A DNA stretch of 64,000 nucleotides from Vicugna vicugna (taxonomy: Eukaryota), in the NCBI GenBank assembly GCA_013265495.1, contig MU058241.1, positions 1 through 64,000 of the forward strand. The letters run 5' to 3'. Each line of letters starts with the position of its first letter. Position 1 is the stretch's first letter. Shown piece after piece: positions 38,181 through 50,500 of the stretch. The notes under the pieces are model-generated. The model worked only from the letters and a program-made list of their open reading frames with translations. It was not told where the DNA came from and ran no database searches. A program made the translations under genes and the position numbers.

Positions 38181-38779
38181 GCTTAAACTAATTAGAATGC
38201 TCCATTTCAGTTGCCTTCAGAGATACAGCTATTTTTAAACATAAAACACTTCTATTTGTACACTTCTATTTGTACACACAGACACAATCCTATTTGGAAG
38301 AAACTGAAAATGAAAGGACTTGAGAATAGCAGTGGCCTACGAGGAGGAGCCAAGAACACAATTTTATATAAAACTTTCCAGCGATACAGACAGAGGATGT
38401 ATACACGCACGCAGCTCTTGTGTAAGTAAAGAGAAATGAAAAGTAGTCGGCGGCGGGAGATTTCCCGGCACCTACTGGCCACCCGCACCACCCCAGCCCC
38501 TGCTGTTCCCTAAGTGCTCCCAGTTGGCTCCCGCCACCTGTACTCCCTGTTTCTTTGGCGAACGATTCCTCCTCCCATTACCCCAGGCCCGTCTGTGCAC
38601 TTGGGGTTCTGTCGGGATGTGGACCCTCTCCCTCCCCCTCCATCAGTCTCTCTTTTAAGAGCCAAACTGTTGATGCTTATTTGTTCATTTGTTTTCCCTT
38701 GCCTTTTCCACCAACGAGGATAAGAGCTCGGTGGCGGAGGAGAGGAGGGTCAGGATAGAGGGATGAGAAAGGAAAGCAG

Positions 38780-39670
38780 GTGTCATGGTCTTTTGATGTG
38801 TCAATGTCACACATCACACCGTTGGCAGCTGTTCAGTCAGACACTGTGCCTGTTTCCTAGGGGCTGCTGTAACAAAGTACCATTCACAGGGTGGCTTAAA
38901 ACAATACAGCTGTTCTTTTTCACAGTTCTGGAGGTCAGAAGTCGAAACTCAAGGTATTGGGAGGACCATGTTCCCATGGAAGGCTCTTGGGAGAAATCCT
39001 TCCTTGTCTCTTTCAGCTATTGGTGGCAGCAGCTGATGATCCTCAGTGATCCTTTAGCTTGGAGCTGCGTTACTCCAGTCTGCCTCCATCTTCACACAGC
39101 TTGTGTCTGTGTTCTGCATCCAAATCTCCTTCTTCTTTCTCTTATAAGAACATCAGTCATTGGATTTAGGACCTACCCTAATCCAGTATGACCTCGTCTT
39201 AACTTGATTCCATCTGCAAAGACCCTATTTCCAGATAAGATCACTTTCACAGGTACCTGGGATTAGGATTTGAACATATCTTTTTTGGAGGAGACACAAT
39301 TTAACCCACCAGTAACACTAATCGAGGTCTTCCTGTGGAGGTATTTTACATATGTGATTAAGATCCATAATCACTTGACTTTAAACAAGGGAGATTATCC
39401 TGGATAGTCTGGGTGCACTTCATGTGATCAGGTACAAGGCCTTCTGAGGTGGGCTGAAGTTTCTATGTAAAAGAAGAAAATTCCTTTGGGGACAGCAGTC
39501 TCAGTCCGTTCCCAAGAAAACTCTAGGCTGCCCTTCCTAATTGCATGCCCTACAAATTTCAGGCTTGCCTCGCCCGCCCCTTCAGTGGCATAAGCCAATC
39601 CTTGCAGCAGATCTCTTAGCATGTGTCTTCCACTGGTTCTGTTTCTCTGGTTGAACTCCAACTGCTACAT
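38780..39670. mobile_element. MLT2-like ERVL LTR interrupted by an antisense MLT1C-like LTR (about 38845-39315)
   Basis: MLT2-type start tgtcatggtcttttgatgtgtcaa and end ggttctgtttctctggttgaac...taca; the inner block tttcctaggggctgctgtaacaaagtacca...aagaccctatttccagataag is MLT1. Confidence 0.75.
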
Positions 39671-40333
39671 CAGGATTGGAGAATTGCTTTGAATTTATCG
39701 GATACATACACATAGATTACAAAGCAGAATATCTTTTTTATTTGCAACAGTAAATTGCATGAAAATGTTTATGCCTTGAATATAATCTAAAATATTGGGG
39801 ATGAAAACACTAAGCCATTTATAAAGAGAACTAGAAATAAATAATCTTCAAAGCTGAAAAATGAAAGTGGTAGGGAAATGCTTTCACTAGGTTTCCTGAT
39901 ATTTCATTACCTTTGCATTCCTGCATTGAACTATTTTGGTCATGTTTTATTGTTTTTTTTTTTAATTGCAGCAGTCAGTTTACAATGTTGTGTCAATTTC
40001 TGGTGAACAGCATAATGCTTCAGTTATACACGGCAACATATTTCTGAGCCACTAGGTTCAGGTCACATATAACCTTACATCTTAAAAATCAAATTATCAT
40101 CTTAGTTCTGCCTCAACAATATTTCAGGTGTTTTCTACAGCTGCCCCAGAGTATGAATGACCACTGAGACTGGCTGACAGTAGTGGCCAGGAACCAGAGC
40201 TTTTCCAAAGAAGAAAGTTGATGAGACCCCAAGAGAGGGGAAAAAAGGAAGAGGGTGAGGGAGGGGTGTCACCCAGTCAGGAAGTGAGGGCAGGCCACAC
40301 CGAGAAACCACATGCATGATTCCATTCATATGG

Positions 40334-41327
40334 TTTATGAACTTGCCAGGGCCGCCATAACAAAGTATCACGGAGTAGGGGCACTAAAACAACAGAAATT
40401 TATTGTCTCACAGTCCTGGAGGCTGGAAGTCCCACATCAAGACGCTGGCAGGGTTGGTTTTCTCCTGGCGCCTCTTCTCTTCACAAGTAGATGGCCGTCT
40501 TCTCCCTGTGTCCTCACGTGGTCGTCCCTCTGTGTGTCTCTGTTCTAATCTCCTCTTCTTACAAGGACGCCAGTCCTATTGGATTAAGGCCCATCCTAGT
40601 GACCTCATTTTATCTTTTTTTTTTTAACATCTATGAAAGTTATTTTTATTCGCTTATTCATTCAGTTAGTATATAACTAGGTTTCCTAACATTTCATTAT
40701 CTTTGCATTCCTGCATTGAACTATTTTGGTCATGTTTTGTTGTTTTTTTTAATTGCAGCAGTCAGTTTACAATTTTGTGTCAATTTCTGGTGAACAGCAC
40801 AGAGCTCCAGTTATACACGTACATACATATATTCTTTTTCAGATTCTTTTCCGTTATAGGTTATTACAAGATATTGAATATAGTTCCCTGTCCTATACAG
40901 TAGGACTTCCCTGTTTATCTATCTAATATATAGTAGTTAGTATCTACAAATCTTGAACTCCTAATTTATCCCTTCCTACCCTCTTTCTCCCCTAGTAACC
41001 ACAAGTTTCTTTCCTATGTCTGTGAGTCTGCTTGTGTTTTGTAAATAAGTTCATTTGTATCTTTTTGTTTATTCCACATATGAGTGATATCATATGGTAT
41101 TTTTCTTTCTCTTTCTGGCTTACTTCACTTAGAATGACGATCTCCAGGTCCATCCAGGTTGCTGCAAATGGCATTATTTTATTCTTTTTTTTTTATGGCT
41201 GAGTAGTACTCATTTTATCTTAATCACCTCTTTAAGGGCCTTATCTTCAAATCTGATTACATTCTGAGATGCCAGGAATTAAGACTTCAATGTATGAATT
41301 TTGAGGGACACAATCCAGACTGTAACA
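40334..41327 (-). mobile_element. MLT1A-like solo LTR, inserted in an L1MB fragment and itself interrupted by an L1
   Basis: 5-bp TSD tatgg at 40329-40333 and 41328-41332; LTR halves at about 40334-40616 and 41209-41327. Confidence 0.8.
40617..41208 (-). mobile_element. 5'-truncated lineage-type L1 carrying a ~115-bp 3' transduction
   Basis: 13-bp TSD ctcattttatctt at 40604-40616 and 41209-41221; L1 body 40751-41208 (ORF 40992-41174 MPFAATWMDLEIVILSEVSQKEK); two poly(T) runs at 40615-40625 and 40743-40750. Confidence 0.85.
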
Positions 41328-41332
41328 TATGG

Positions 41333-41705
41333 ACTGTCCGGAACAGGCAAATCCGTAGCGACAGAAAGCAGATTAGTGGTTGCCAGGGGCTGGGGGCTGG
41401 GGGAACGTGGAGTGACTGCTAAGGGGCACAGAGTGTCTTTTTTTTTTCAATCGCTGTATAGTTGATTTATAATATTGTGTTAGTTTCAGGTATACAACAT
41501 AGCGATTTGTTTTGTTTTGTTCTGTATATGTGTGTTTTTGTTCTCAGAGTTTCCTTTTGAAATGAGGAAAATATTCTGGGACCAGAGAGTGGTTGCACAA
41601 CTCCATGAATATATGAGGAACCACTGAGTTGCACACTTTGAAAGGATAAACTCAATGGTACGTGAATGATACCTCAATAAAGCCGTCATAAACAACAACA
41701 AAAAA
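41333..41705 (+). mobile_element. L1MB-like 3' end, interrupted by a short antisense L1 tail (about 41441-41544)
   Basis: acaggcaaatccgtagcgacagaaagcagattagtggttgccagggg...acctcaataaagc; the insert is flanked by an imperfect repeat cagagtgtcttt/cagagtttcctt. Confidence 0.75.
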
Positions 41706-42127
41706 CGTGAGGGAAGGGTACAAAGAGAAAGGGAGATTGGCCTCTTCCCTCCTGACCAGCCTGCATCCAGAGCTGTGCTGGGAAGTGACAAGTTTGGGGA
41801 GCTAGTATTTCAGCCCGGCCAAAGGCACCTGACCTGGGTCTGATCAGCCTCCGAGAGCCAATTTTATTATTTACAGGAGGGACTCGGCCGCACAGCATCA
41901 GCTGTTAGGGACCAGGGTTCCGCAGCGTCTCTCCCCTTGCAGGAAGGAGGGAGGTTCAGTGGGTGCGTGTGAACTCCTAGTGGGGCAGGTCTTCCAGCAC
42001 AGGGTCCAGCCGACCCCGGCTGCGCTCAGAGGGGCCGAGGGATGCTCCGGCGGGGCTGGGACACCAGCTCAAGATGGCTGCCAAGTCTCCCTCCTCTCTG
42101 TCTGTTCTTTTGTCTCCCTCCTTCTTC

Positions 42128-42151
42128 ATCTCTCTCTCTCTCTCTCTCTCT
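42128..42151 (+). repeat. (CT)n microsatellite
   Basis: Directly visible. Confidence 0.95.
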
Positions 42152-45100
42152 GACTCCACCAATGAGCTTCAATTTTGGTTGTAACAACTATTGTATACCC
42201 AACCGGCCAGGAGCAGGAGTGGGAAGATACGAATCCCAGACTGGCCAGGACTCCACTCCCAAGCCAGGGTGTGTTCACGTTCCACAGGGGCGCCCACCAC
42301 AGGTGCGGGGGATCCTGGGCGGCACAGTTCTCAGCAGTAGCCTCCCTCGGGGCTGGCTCCACGACGGCTCTCAAGCCCGGCCAGGCCGGTCCTCAGCAGG
42401 CACCTGGGCCCGGTGGACAGGCTGACTTGACCCCTGGGTGAGTCTGGCTGCCAGCCATGGTCCAAGGCTCCTGCTTCAGCATTTTATAGCACCAATGATA
42501 AATTTCTCAGCACCCCTGGTGCTGCACAGGCTACATCACCACGATATCAGAAGGAGGTTATTCAGTCACTTTGTCCAAGACACTGGAGGAGGAAAATGTG
42601 TTTCACCAGGAAGGGCAGCAAAGACTCCAGAAATAGTTTCAGGCCGAGAGCAGGGAGGGACGTGTGGTGGGGGCAGCCTTGGGTTGAGGCCCCAGTAGAA
42701 TGAGCACAGCCAGCAGGGAATTCAGGGACCCAGGCCCAGGTGCGAGGGCACTGTACTCAGAAGGAGGGGACGCTGTCTGTGCTGCACACCCCAGGGCTGC
42801 CCTCCTGTCGCACCCCTCCCTCTGCGGGCGCCCTAGGTGTGAGGACAGCTCAGGACACCCTGCACCACACACCTCCTCTTTCTCTGTCATCCTGTGAGGT
42901 GGGGAGCGCCTGGCAGAGGAGGGATGGGGAGTGGGTGCCCACCGCACAGTGGGACCCCAGCTCCAGAAAAACACTGAACTTGGGGGGGCAGAAGCCACAG
43001 GTTCAGAAGCAGGAGCTGAGGATTAGAAACCACTGATGGAAAGAGGATATCGAACAAAGTGAAATGACTCTGGTGACATCTGTCTGTTTCATGCCAACTC
43101 TCATCCCTTCAGGATTTGGACGAAAAAAAGAAGGATGTGAAGGGCTTCCAAGGCGGGGCCCACATAAACCCCCGTGGCCAGTTCAGGCAGGAGTGTGTGC
43201 GTCACGGGGGTGGTACATCTTTGTGTGTGTACCTATACATACACACGTACACATATATAATATACACCATATATCTTATACAACAAGTGGGACTAAACAC
43301 TGACTCTGACCCTGGGGGCCAGCTGCCAGGGAGGCCCCGGACTCCAACACTGCCCACTTCTGCCTCCAGGAACCACGCAAGATTCGTCCGCCCACAAAGG
43401 TGATGTTTAATTAAGCTGTGTGGATTCCAAGGGTTTTATTTTGAACTGAGTTCTCATGAACTGGTTTCTACGTAAGCACACTCAATAAAGCATTTTCAGG
43501 CTTGTGAACGGTCCAGGCTTAGTATTTTACCCCAGCCCCCAGAGACTGAAGGCTGGACACCCGGCCTGGCCGCTGGACAGGCAGCCCGGTGACAGGACGG
43601 GTCTTGCCTCGCCCTCGGAGCGCAGAGATTTTCCCTTGTAAGCAGGGAGGGGACAATAACAACAGCAGTTATAGAAACACCTTGCTACTTTGGTCGCTGG
43701 GCAGCTGCAACCAGCTATTATACTAAAAACTAATTTAGCTCAAAAATATGCATATGCTAATTTCCGCTTATCTCCTCTGAAGTATGCATTCTGTCAGAGT
43801 CTATGCAAGTGGACAAGGTAAAGGTTTTCTACCCTTCAGGAGATCTTTCTGCTACAACGTCAAAAAATCATCGAGGTCTAAACACTTTAGGATCTTTCAA
43901 CTGTCATTTTGGTTGGCGTGAAAAAAACAGATTTTCAGAAACCTATGTGCAAATTTCAGAGGTTGCATAACTACGACAGGAACTGAGCTACATGCGTGAG
44001 TCTGGATGTAAAGTACAGAAAACACTTTGGGAAGAAAACAGCAATGGGATAAATTAAAAGGCAGGAAGAATATGTGTCAGGACACATTTGTACTAAATCA
44101 CTGAGAACTGCAATATATGAAAAAAAGACCCAACTTTCCTTTCAAATGGAATTAGTTATTACGTATTACTGGATCTGGATGCTTTTAGGAATTACTGCAC
44201 TTAACACGATTGTGACTTCCTAAGCAACGAACTGTTCCTAAAACAGCAATTCAAAGGGTCCTCTAGCATAAATACACAAACTGAAACAAAAACCATTTTA
44301 GTAATGTAAATTTAACTGCGTTCAAATAAATCTTGAGCGCCTTTTATGGATCTGCACGGGGAAAAATGACGCACTAAGACATAGCCCTACCTTCTAGAAG
44401 CTTCTACTCTAGTAAGAGACAAACTTAAATAAAAGTTGAGTGATAAGTGGTAGAAATGAGTGATTGTGTGTGTGTGAAGGTTCATTATCTCATAAGAATT
44501 TATCTCATTTTCTAAATCTGGATTTTTGCCTAGTGGGCGTTCTAAAAACTTGCAATTCTGTATTCCTTTCTTTTTGAAATCGCCTCACTTATAATTTCAT
44601 TCACTGAAATGTAGAAATCCTCAAATTGAAAAACAAAGGATGTCTCTTGTGACTTCGTAAGAACACCATTTCAGGTAACTGAGGAAACTATGCTCACCAA
44701 AATCTTGAGGCTGGCAAATTGGACAATCCAGATTTCAGTGCTGGCCGGAAAAAACTCCAAAGCAGCACAAACCTGTTTTACAACAGGGGACCTTTCTCTC
44801 CACCTCGTCCACACCTTTAACCAGGTTTAATTTGCTGGCTGGTTTTCTGGGAGGTTCCAGAGAAACTTTGGTTTATGTTCACTGTCCATCAGTAATCACC
44901 CATGCCCCACCCATCCCCAAGAACAAGAACAGTAAAGAGATCCTTTCCGGTCCTTGTGTTGGAGAGGGTGGGCAGGGCCGTGGATTTTAGGACTCAGGTC
45001 TCTCACCCAAGTGCCACGGCCGGAAGGAGACATCCTGTGATGCGGGGGGCCCTGCTCAACAGCCCAGCAGTTCTCAGAACACGTTTATCCCTTCACTGAA

Positions 45101-47139
45101 CTACCAAAACCGGGGCCAGGGATGGGACACTGTGTCCACTGTGAGGAATGGTCCGGTTGAGGCTAATGCGTTATTTAGCCTGTTCATAGAAGCATGCACC
45201 ATCTGGGGTGTGCAGGGATGTACAACCTTGAATCCCTGGGAGCCCCAAGAGCTAAGCATTCCAGAGACAAATGTGACAGGTGTCACACCTCATGCCTGGC
45301 AGTGGCCGTAATGCCATGTGCGTCACATCACTGTCAACTTTCTCAGCATCAAAGGACGGGGACTCAGCCCGAGGGGCTTGGGGCTGTACCCATCGCCGGC
45401 TGGTGACGGTCGGGCACAAGTCATGCCCTCACCCAACGTGGAAACGCTGTCCCCTTTTCTGAATTTCCAGTTTTTTTCAGATAGACAATATCATCCTGGT
45501 GACACAAATTCTACCCTCAAAACCATCTGCACCTACTTGCCTCCCCACAGACCCCCAGACATTGACTTCGTTGTCCATCCCAGCTCCTCTGGCCTCTGCA
45601 GCCCGTCTGCCACCTGCCCTTTCTTCTCTGCCCCCACCCAGGGCCTGGTCACCCACACGGACACTTCCCATTGTCTGCGCAAGGCCTGTGCCCATGGCAA
45701 CTCCGGCTTGAATTATCGTGAGTCTTTGTTCTCGAATTGCTCTGTCGTGACCTCCCTGCCCTCTGCCACCTACTTCATCCCCTACCTGCTTTTCAAATCG
45801 CACTCAGCTGTGACTATCTTCTCTGAATAGCAGGAACACTTAGGGGCCCTAAGCTTGGGGGTAACTTGTGGTACTCTGCCTTGGGTCCCAACAGAGGTGT
45901 TTCTTTCCCTTCAGCTAAGGTGGAAGGTCTGTGAGGTCCCAGCATCACCTGCGATGCCCAGGGTGTACCTGGGCAGAGAAACTGTGTCTCCTTTGACTGG
46001 ACACTTATTCTAAGAGTGTGGTACACCTGATGAGGATGCAGAGGAGGGAGCTGCTCTGCTCGGGCGCTGGAGTGATGGGTCTGGCAGAGTGAGGAGGAGC
46101 TTGCCCAGGGAAGGAGGGGAGACAGGAGGTGTGTGGAGGAGAGAGCGAGCACCCGGAGCACAGTCTCCACACACAAGACTCGTTGATGGAAGGACGGGCA
46201 TGATAGGAACCTGGTTTAGGGTCGTGGGGAAAGCGGGCACTTGCAGCCCTCGGGTGCAGGAAGACCTCACAAGGGTGGTCTGTGGTCATTCTCACATGAG
46301 CTGGACCAGCCTGGGGTCAGACAGTGGCCGTGGGGAGGTTGGAGGAAGGAAAGAGAAAGGGGTTACTTTCTCTTTGGTTCCCTTTCTCTCCAGTCAGTTC
46401 TGACGTCCACCGTGCGCTCACTTCCAAATAAATCTTTGACTCTGAACAAAATGACTTGTGCCTCGTCTCATATTCTTGCAGCCAAGGCTTGGCTCAAATC
46501 TGCCCTTTGGCCACGAGGCCCTCAGCCCGCCCTCTCCATGTCCCCTTTTCCCACCAAGTCTGCTCCTACAAAGCCCACTTCACATTGGAGGGCCTCATGG
46601 GGCCTCTCCCTCCTGGGCAGCCCCCACCCCCGACCTGGACAAACCAGGTGTTGGCTGTCACTCACGGCCAATGTCTCCATCTGCCTTGGTGTCTCTCCTG
46701 CCCCGCCGGCCTGTGCGACTCCTGAGTGCCGACTCTTCTTCCTGATATGCACAGGGCTCTGAGTTCTGTCTGTTGACACAGCAAGAGTTAAAATGAGAAT
46801 TCTAAAATGAGTCTGTTGTTTTCTTGGGGGAAGGGGCATTGCTCTGGAGACAGGTGGGAGGGGAGGGAGAAGTCCCCCACAGATGAAAGGCTCTGAGTCA
46901 CAAGGATCTGGCTACTCTGGGAAGCCACCTGTACGAGTTCCACGTCAGAGACTGTGGCATGGGGGGGCGGGAGCCCAGGGGACTTTTGTGCTGCAGTGAC
47001 CAGGGCAGGCTTATTTCAGGGAGAACGCCAATGTTTACATGGTGCCACACACAGTTGAGTGCCCTACAGATCGCAGGTGCTTGATAAACAAACCCCCCAA
47101 AGTATTTAAAATGAATATTTTGCATCTAGTTATTTTCAC

Positions 47140-47535
47140 CTAGGAATGCATTGAATGAGTTACCAACACATGCCGCAACGTGGAGGAACCTCAAAAACAA
47201 GCTGAGTGAAAGAAGCCAGAGACAAAGGTCACCTATCACATGACTTCATTTATATGAAATGTCCAGGACAGGTAAATCATTAGAGACAGAAAGTAGACTG
47301 ATGGTTGCCTGGGGCTGGAGCTAAGGCGGGCTGGAAAGAGCGGAGACTGCTAAGGGGTCCGAGCTCCCTCTGGGAATACGGACATGTGCTGGATCTAGAT
47401 TGAGGTAAAGATTACACAACCCCGCGAGTATACTAAATGCCACTGAATTGTCCGCTTTAAAAGGCTAATTTTATGTTATATGAATTTCATCTTAGCCAAA
47501 AACAAAACAAAACAAAACAAAACAAAACAAAACAG
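47140..47535 (+). mobile_element. L1MB-like 3' end with (AAAAC)n tail
   Basis: gctgagtgaaagaagccagagacaaaggtcac...gaaatgtccaggacaggtaaatc...ccactgaattg...ttttatgttatatgaatttcatct followed by (AAAAC)n. Confidence 0.8.
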
Positions 47536-49589
47536 AGAAAAAGTGCCAGAGAAGTACTAATACAGAAAACAATAAAATAAAATAAAATAAATTTAAAATT
47601 TGAAAAAGCAACCAAGAGTTATTTTCCCACTAGCCTGCAGAAACACAGAAGGATCTTCCACTTGGTGTGTGGCTACAGTTTCGTTTCTGAGCTAGCAAAG
47701 AAACGCCTGAGACCTGCTGCAGACACCCATTCACCTGTGTGGCTTCAGATCCCACCAAGTTCGCTGGTACCGTCCCCTCAGCCACCGAGATACTGAAACC
47801 CCAATACCAGTTGCTCGAGCTTCTTGTGGCAGAGAAATATATGTTCCTTAACAGAAGCAGTAAATGATAACAATTTAGCTGGTAGAAAAATGATACGCAA
47901 TGCCAGGCTTTGCCTGTGTCGTACTAAAAGCTGCACTGACTTACTACTGGTTTTACTGTTCCCAGAAACGCGGGTCGGTGATGTTGACGAGAGCTTGCTG
48001 GGCAAGGCCAAGTAGAGAGATGCATTCTGTGTTTCTTCCTCTCCTTTGGAAGAGGGAAATGTGAGTAATCTGATACTAAACTCTGAACGGGCTACATTTT
48101 TGTGCCAGGAGCTGGTTGAAAAGGAATAAAGTAACATGCAACAAAGATTGCTACTGGAGTGGGAGGAATGAGGAGGGGGTGGGGGGGAGGTGCGGAGGAG
48201 AAGCGGGATAGTAAACAGAATATTCCAGATGCTGGGTCTGAATGAGGTTTGCTGCCCTTCAGTCACTAGTCTCACATTCTGTTGCACTGTCTACTACACT
48301 AGCCTTGGTTGGGTTTTTTCTTTACTCTCTGAGGTATAACTTATCCACAGTAAGTACCACACCAACGTATGCATTTCACCTGTGCATCCACCTGCATAAC
48401 CATCAGCCACAGTGAGCTGTGGACCATGTCTGCAAGGGGCCCTCATTCCCCTCTCAGTCTGTACACCCACGGAAGTTTGCTATCGCTTCTGATTTCCCTC
48501 ACAGGAGATTATTTTTACCGTAGGTATTTTAATGAGCATCAAGTCACTCTATGGTAAAATGTTCATTCCACCTACGGCTGAAGAGTAACAAGTGTATTGT
48601 CTTATGGAGTCTTAGAGAATCATTTTGCTCTCTCCCAGACACACCTTTTTCATTAGATCCTTTTGAGAAGGTATGATTAGTGATTGCGAAATAAACAGAT
48701 ACAAAAAGAACGTGGAGCCCAAAAGACAGAAGACAGAAGAGGTGGGCAGAATCTGTTATTTTTCCTGCACCTTTCTCCCCCTCTCTCCTTCTCTGCTTAA
48801 ACAGCTCCAGATCAATAAGGGAAAAAAAAAAAATCAAACTGATGTATGCCCTTTGAGGGTGGTTTTTCCTCTCTCTTGCAGAACATGTTCTATTTATGTA
48901 AAAACATCAACTCTGAAAAGCATAATGTGTTCATTCCCACCAAATATAGTACACTAGAGTTTTATTAGCATCTGGGAACTTCAAGTAATGGAAAAACTGA
49001 GCCACACACACAAAAAAAAAGACATATGATAAGTAACTCTGAATTTAGCACCATTTTATTAAGAACCCAGCACAGCCAGTTGACAAATGGGCCAGACATG
49101 CTGACCTGCTTCACCTCCCCTAAAAGCTCAGATGAAAACAAAAAGTTCTCTAAGCGGATGAAAATAGCTATAAAAACAAACACGGTATCTTGCTACAGGT
49201 CAAATGGGTTCTAACAGGCCTTCAGAAGATATTAAATGTTTTAAACAGAAAGGTGGTTAAAAATAGAGAACAAATGCAAATAACCAGGGATTTTTTTTTT
49301 CCAAGCTCTTTTGGGGCTGAAACTTGCAGGTGGAGGAAGATGAGTAAGTAATACTTCAGACGAATCCTTCCCTTGATCATTCCAGTCCTAACTGCAAGCT
49401 CTCAGAAAACTCCGACCGCCCCATGTTGTTGGGGTGAAAGGTCTGACTACATATCTATGAAGTCTGCTGACCAAGTTCAGGGCGACCTACAGTAAACTCA
49501 GGAAGGAGCAACATTTCCCCCTTGCTGGCTTTCCATGACTGTTTCTCCCCTCATCTGTCCCACCCTGAAGGAGTGCTGGACAGACTCTA

Positions 49590-50072
49590 GGCTGCCCCAT
49601 GAGTCCTGCCCTCTGGTGTTCAAGTCTTGGTGGGGTCCTGTCCCCTGGAGTGTGGGCGGGACTATAACTCAGTTCTAATCAAGAGAATCTGGCAAAGGGG
49701 ATGATGGTCATGCCTGTGATTAAGTTGGTGGTAGAAGCTCTAGAGAACCCCCTTGTGGGCTTGAGGAAGTAAGCTGCCACATGGTGAGGAACCGAGGGTA
49801 GCCAGCAGGAAGCTGGGTTCCTGCATCCTGCAGCTGCAAGGAAATGAATTCTTCCAACAGCCTAAGGGAACTTGGGAGCTGATCCTTCCTCTGTTGAACC
49901 TCCAGATGAGAACTCAGCCCAGCTGCCCCCTGGACTGTGAACCCCTGAGCAGAGGAGCCAGCTAAGCCGTGCTTGGACTCCTGACCCATAGAAGTGGGAG
50001 CTAAATAAAATATGCATTGGTTAAATCCACTAAACTTGTGGTCATCTGTTATGGAGCAATAGATAACTGACA
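49590..50072 (+). mobile_element. MaLR solo LTR (MLT1F/G-like)
   Basis: ttgaggaagtaagctgccacatggtgag...gcaaggaaatgaattcttccaacagcc...gaacctccagatgaga...atctgttatggagcaatagataactgaca. Confidence 0.8.
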
Positions 50073-50199
50073 CCCCAGGACTTTTATGTTTTATTTTTTT
50101 TCTGCAGGACCTACTGTCACTGGCCACTGACTAGTTCTACTCACCACTATGCACCCCTGCTGCCACACCTGTCACTTTCTTCCTTGTTTCAAAAGTAAT

Positions 50200-50500
50200 A
50201 GGATACAGACACAAAAGGGGAACTAACACCTGAGTCTACTTACATGAGGTACCTAGCCTAGGCAAATTCATAGACAGTCATTACCAGACAGGAAGAACAG
50301 TCATTATCAGGGCTGGGGAACAGAGCGGTGGGGACACTTTAACGGGGACAGAGTTTCTCTTGGGGGCACGAACAAGTTCAGGATGTGGATGCTAGTGACA
50401 GATGCACAATATTGCGCATGCACTTAACACCACTGAATTGTATGCCTAAAAACAATTAAAATGGTAAATTTTATGTTATGTATATTTTAGTGCAATAGAA
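50200..50500 (+). mobile_element. L1M 3' end fragment
   Basis: tgaggtacctag...ggcaaattcatagac...ttaacggggacagagtttc...ccactgaattgta...aaaatggtaaattttatgttatgtatattt. Confidence 0.8.

Noticed and set aside
47778..48287. 169-aa minus-strand ORF in unique sequence
   Set aside because: No recognisable domain or coding-like composition and no supporting promoter or splice structure; the length is compatible with chance.
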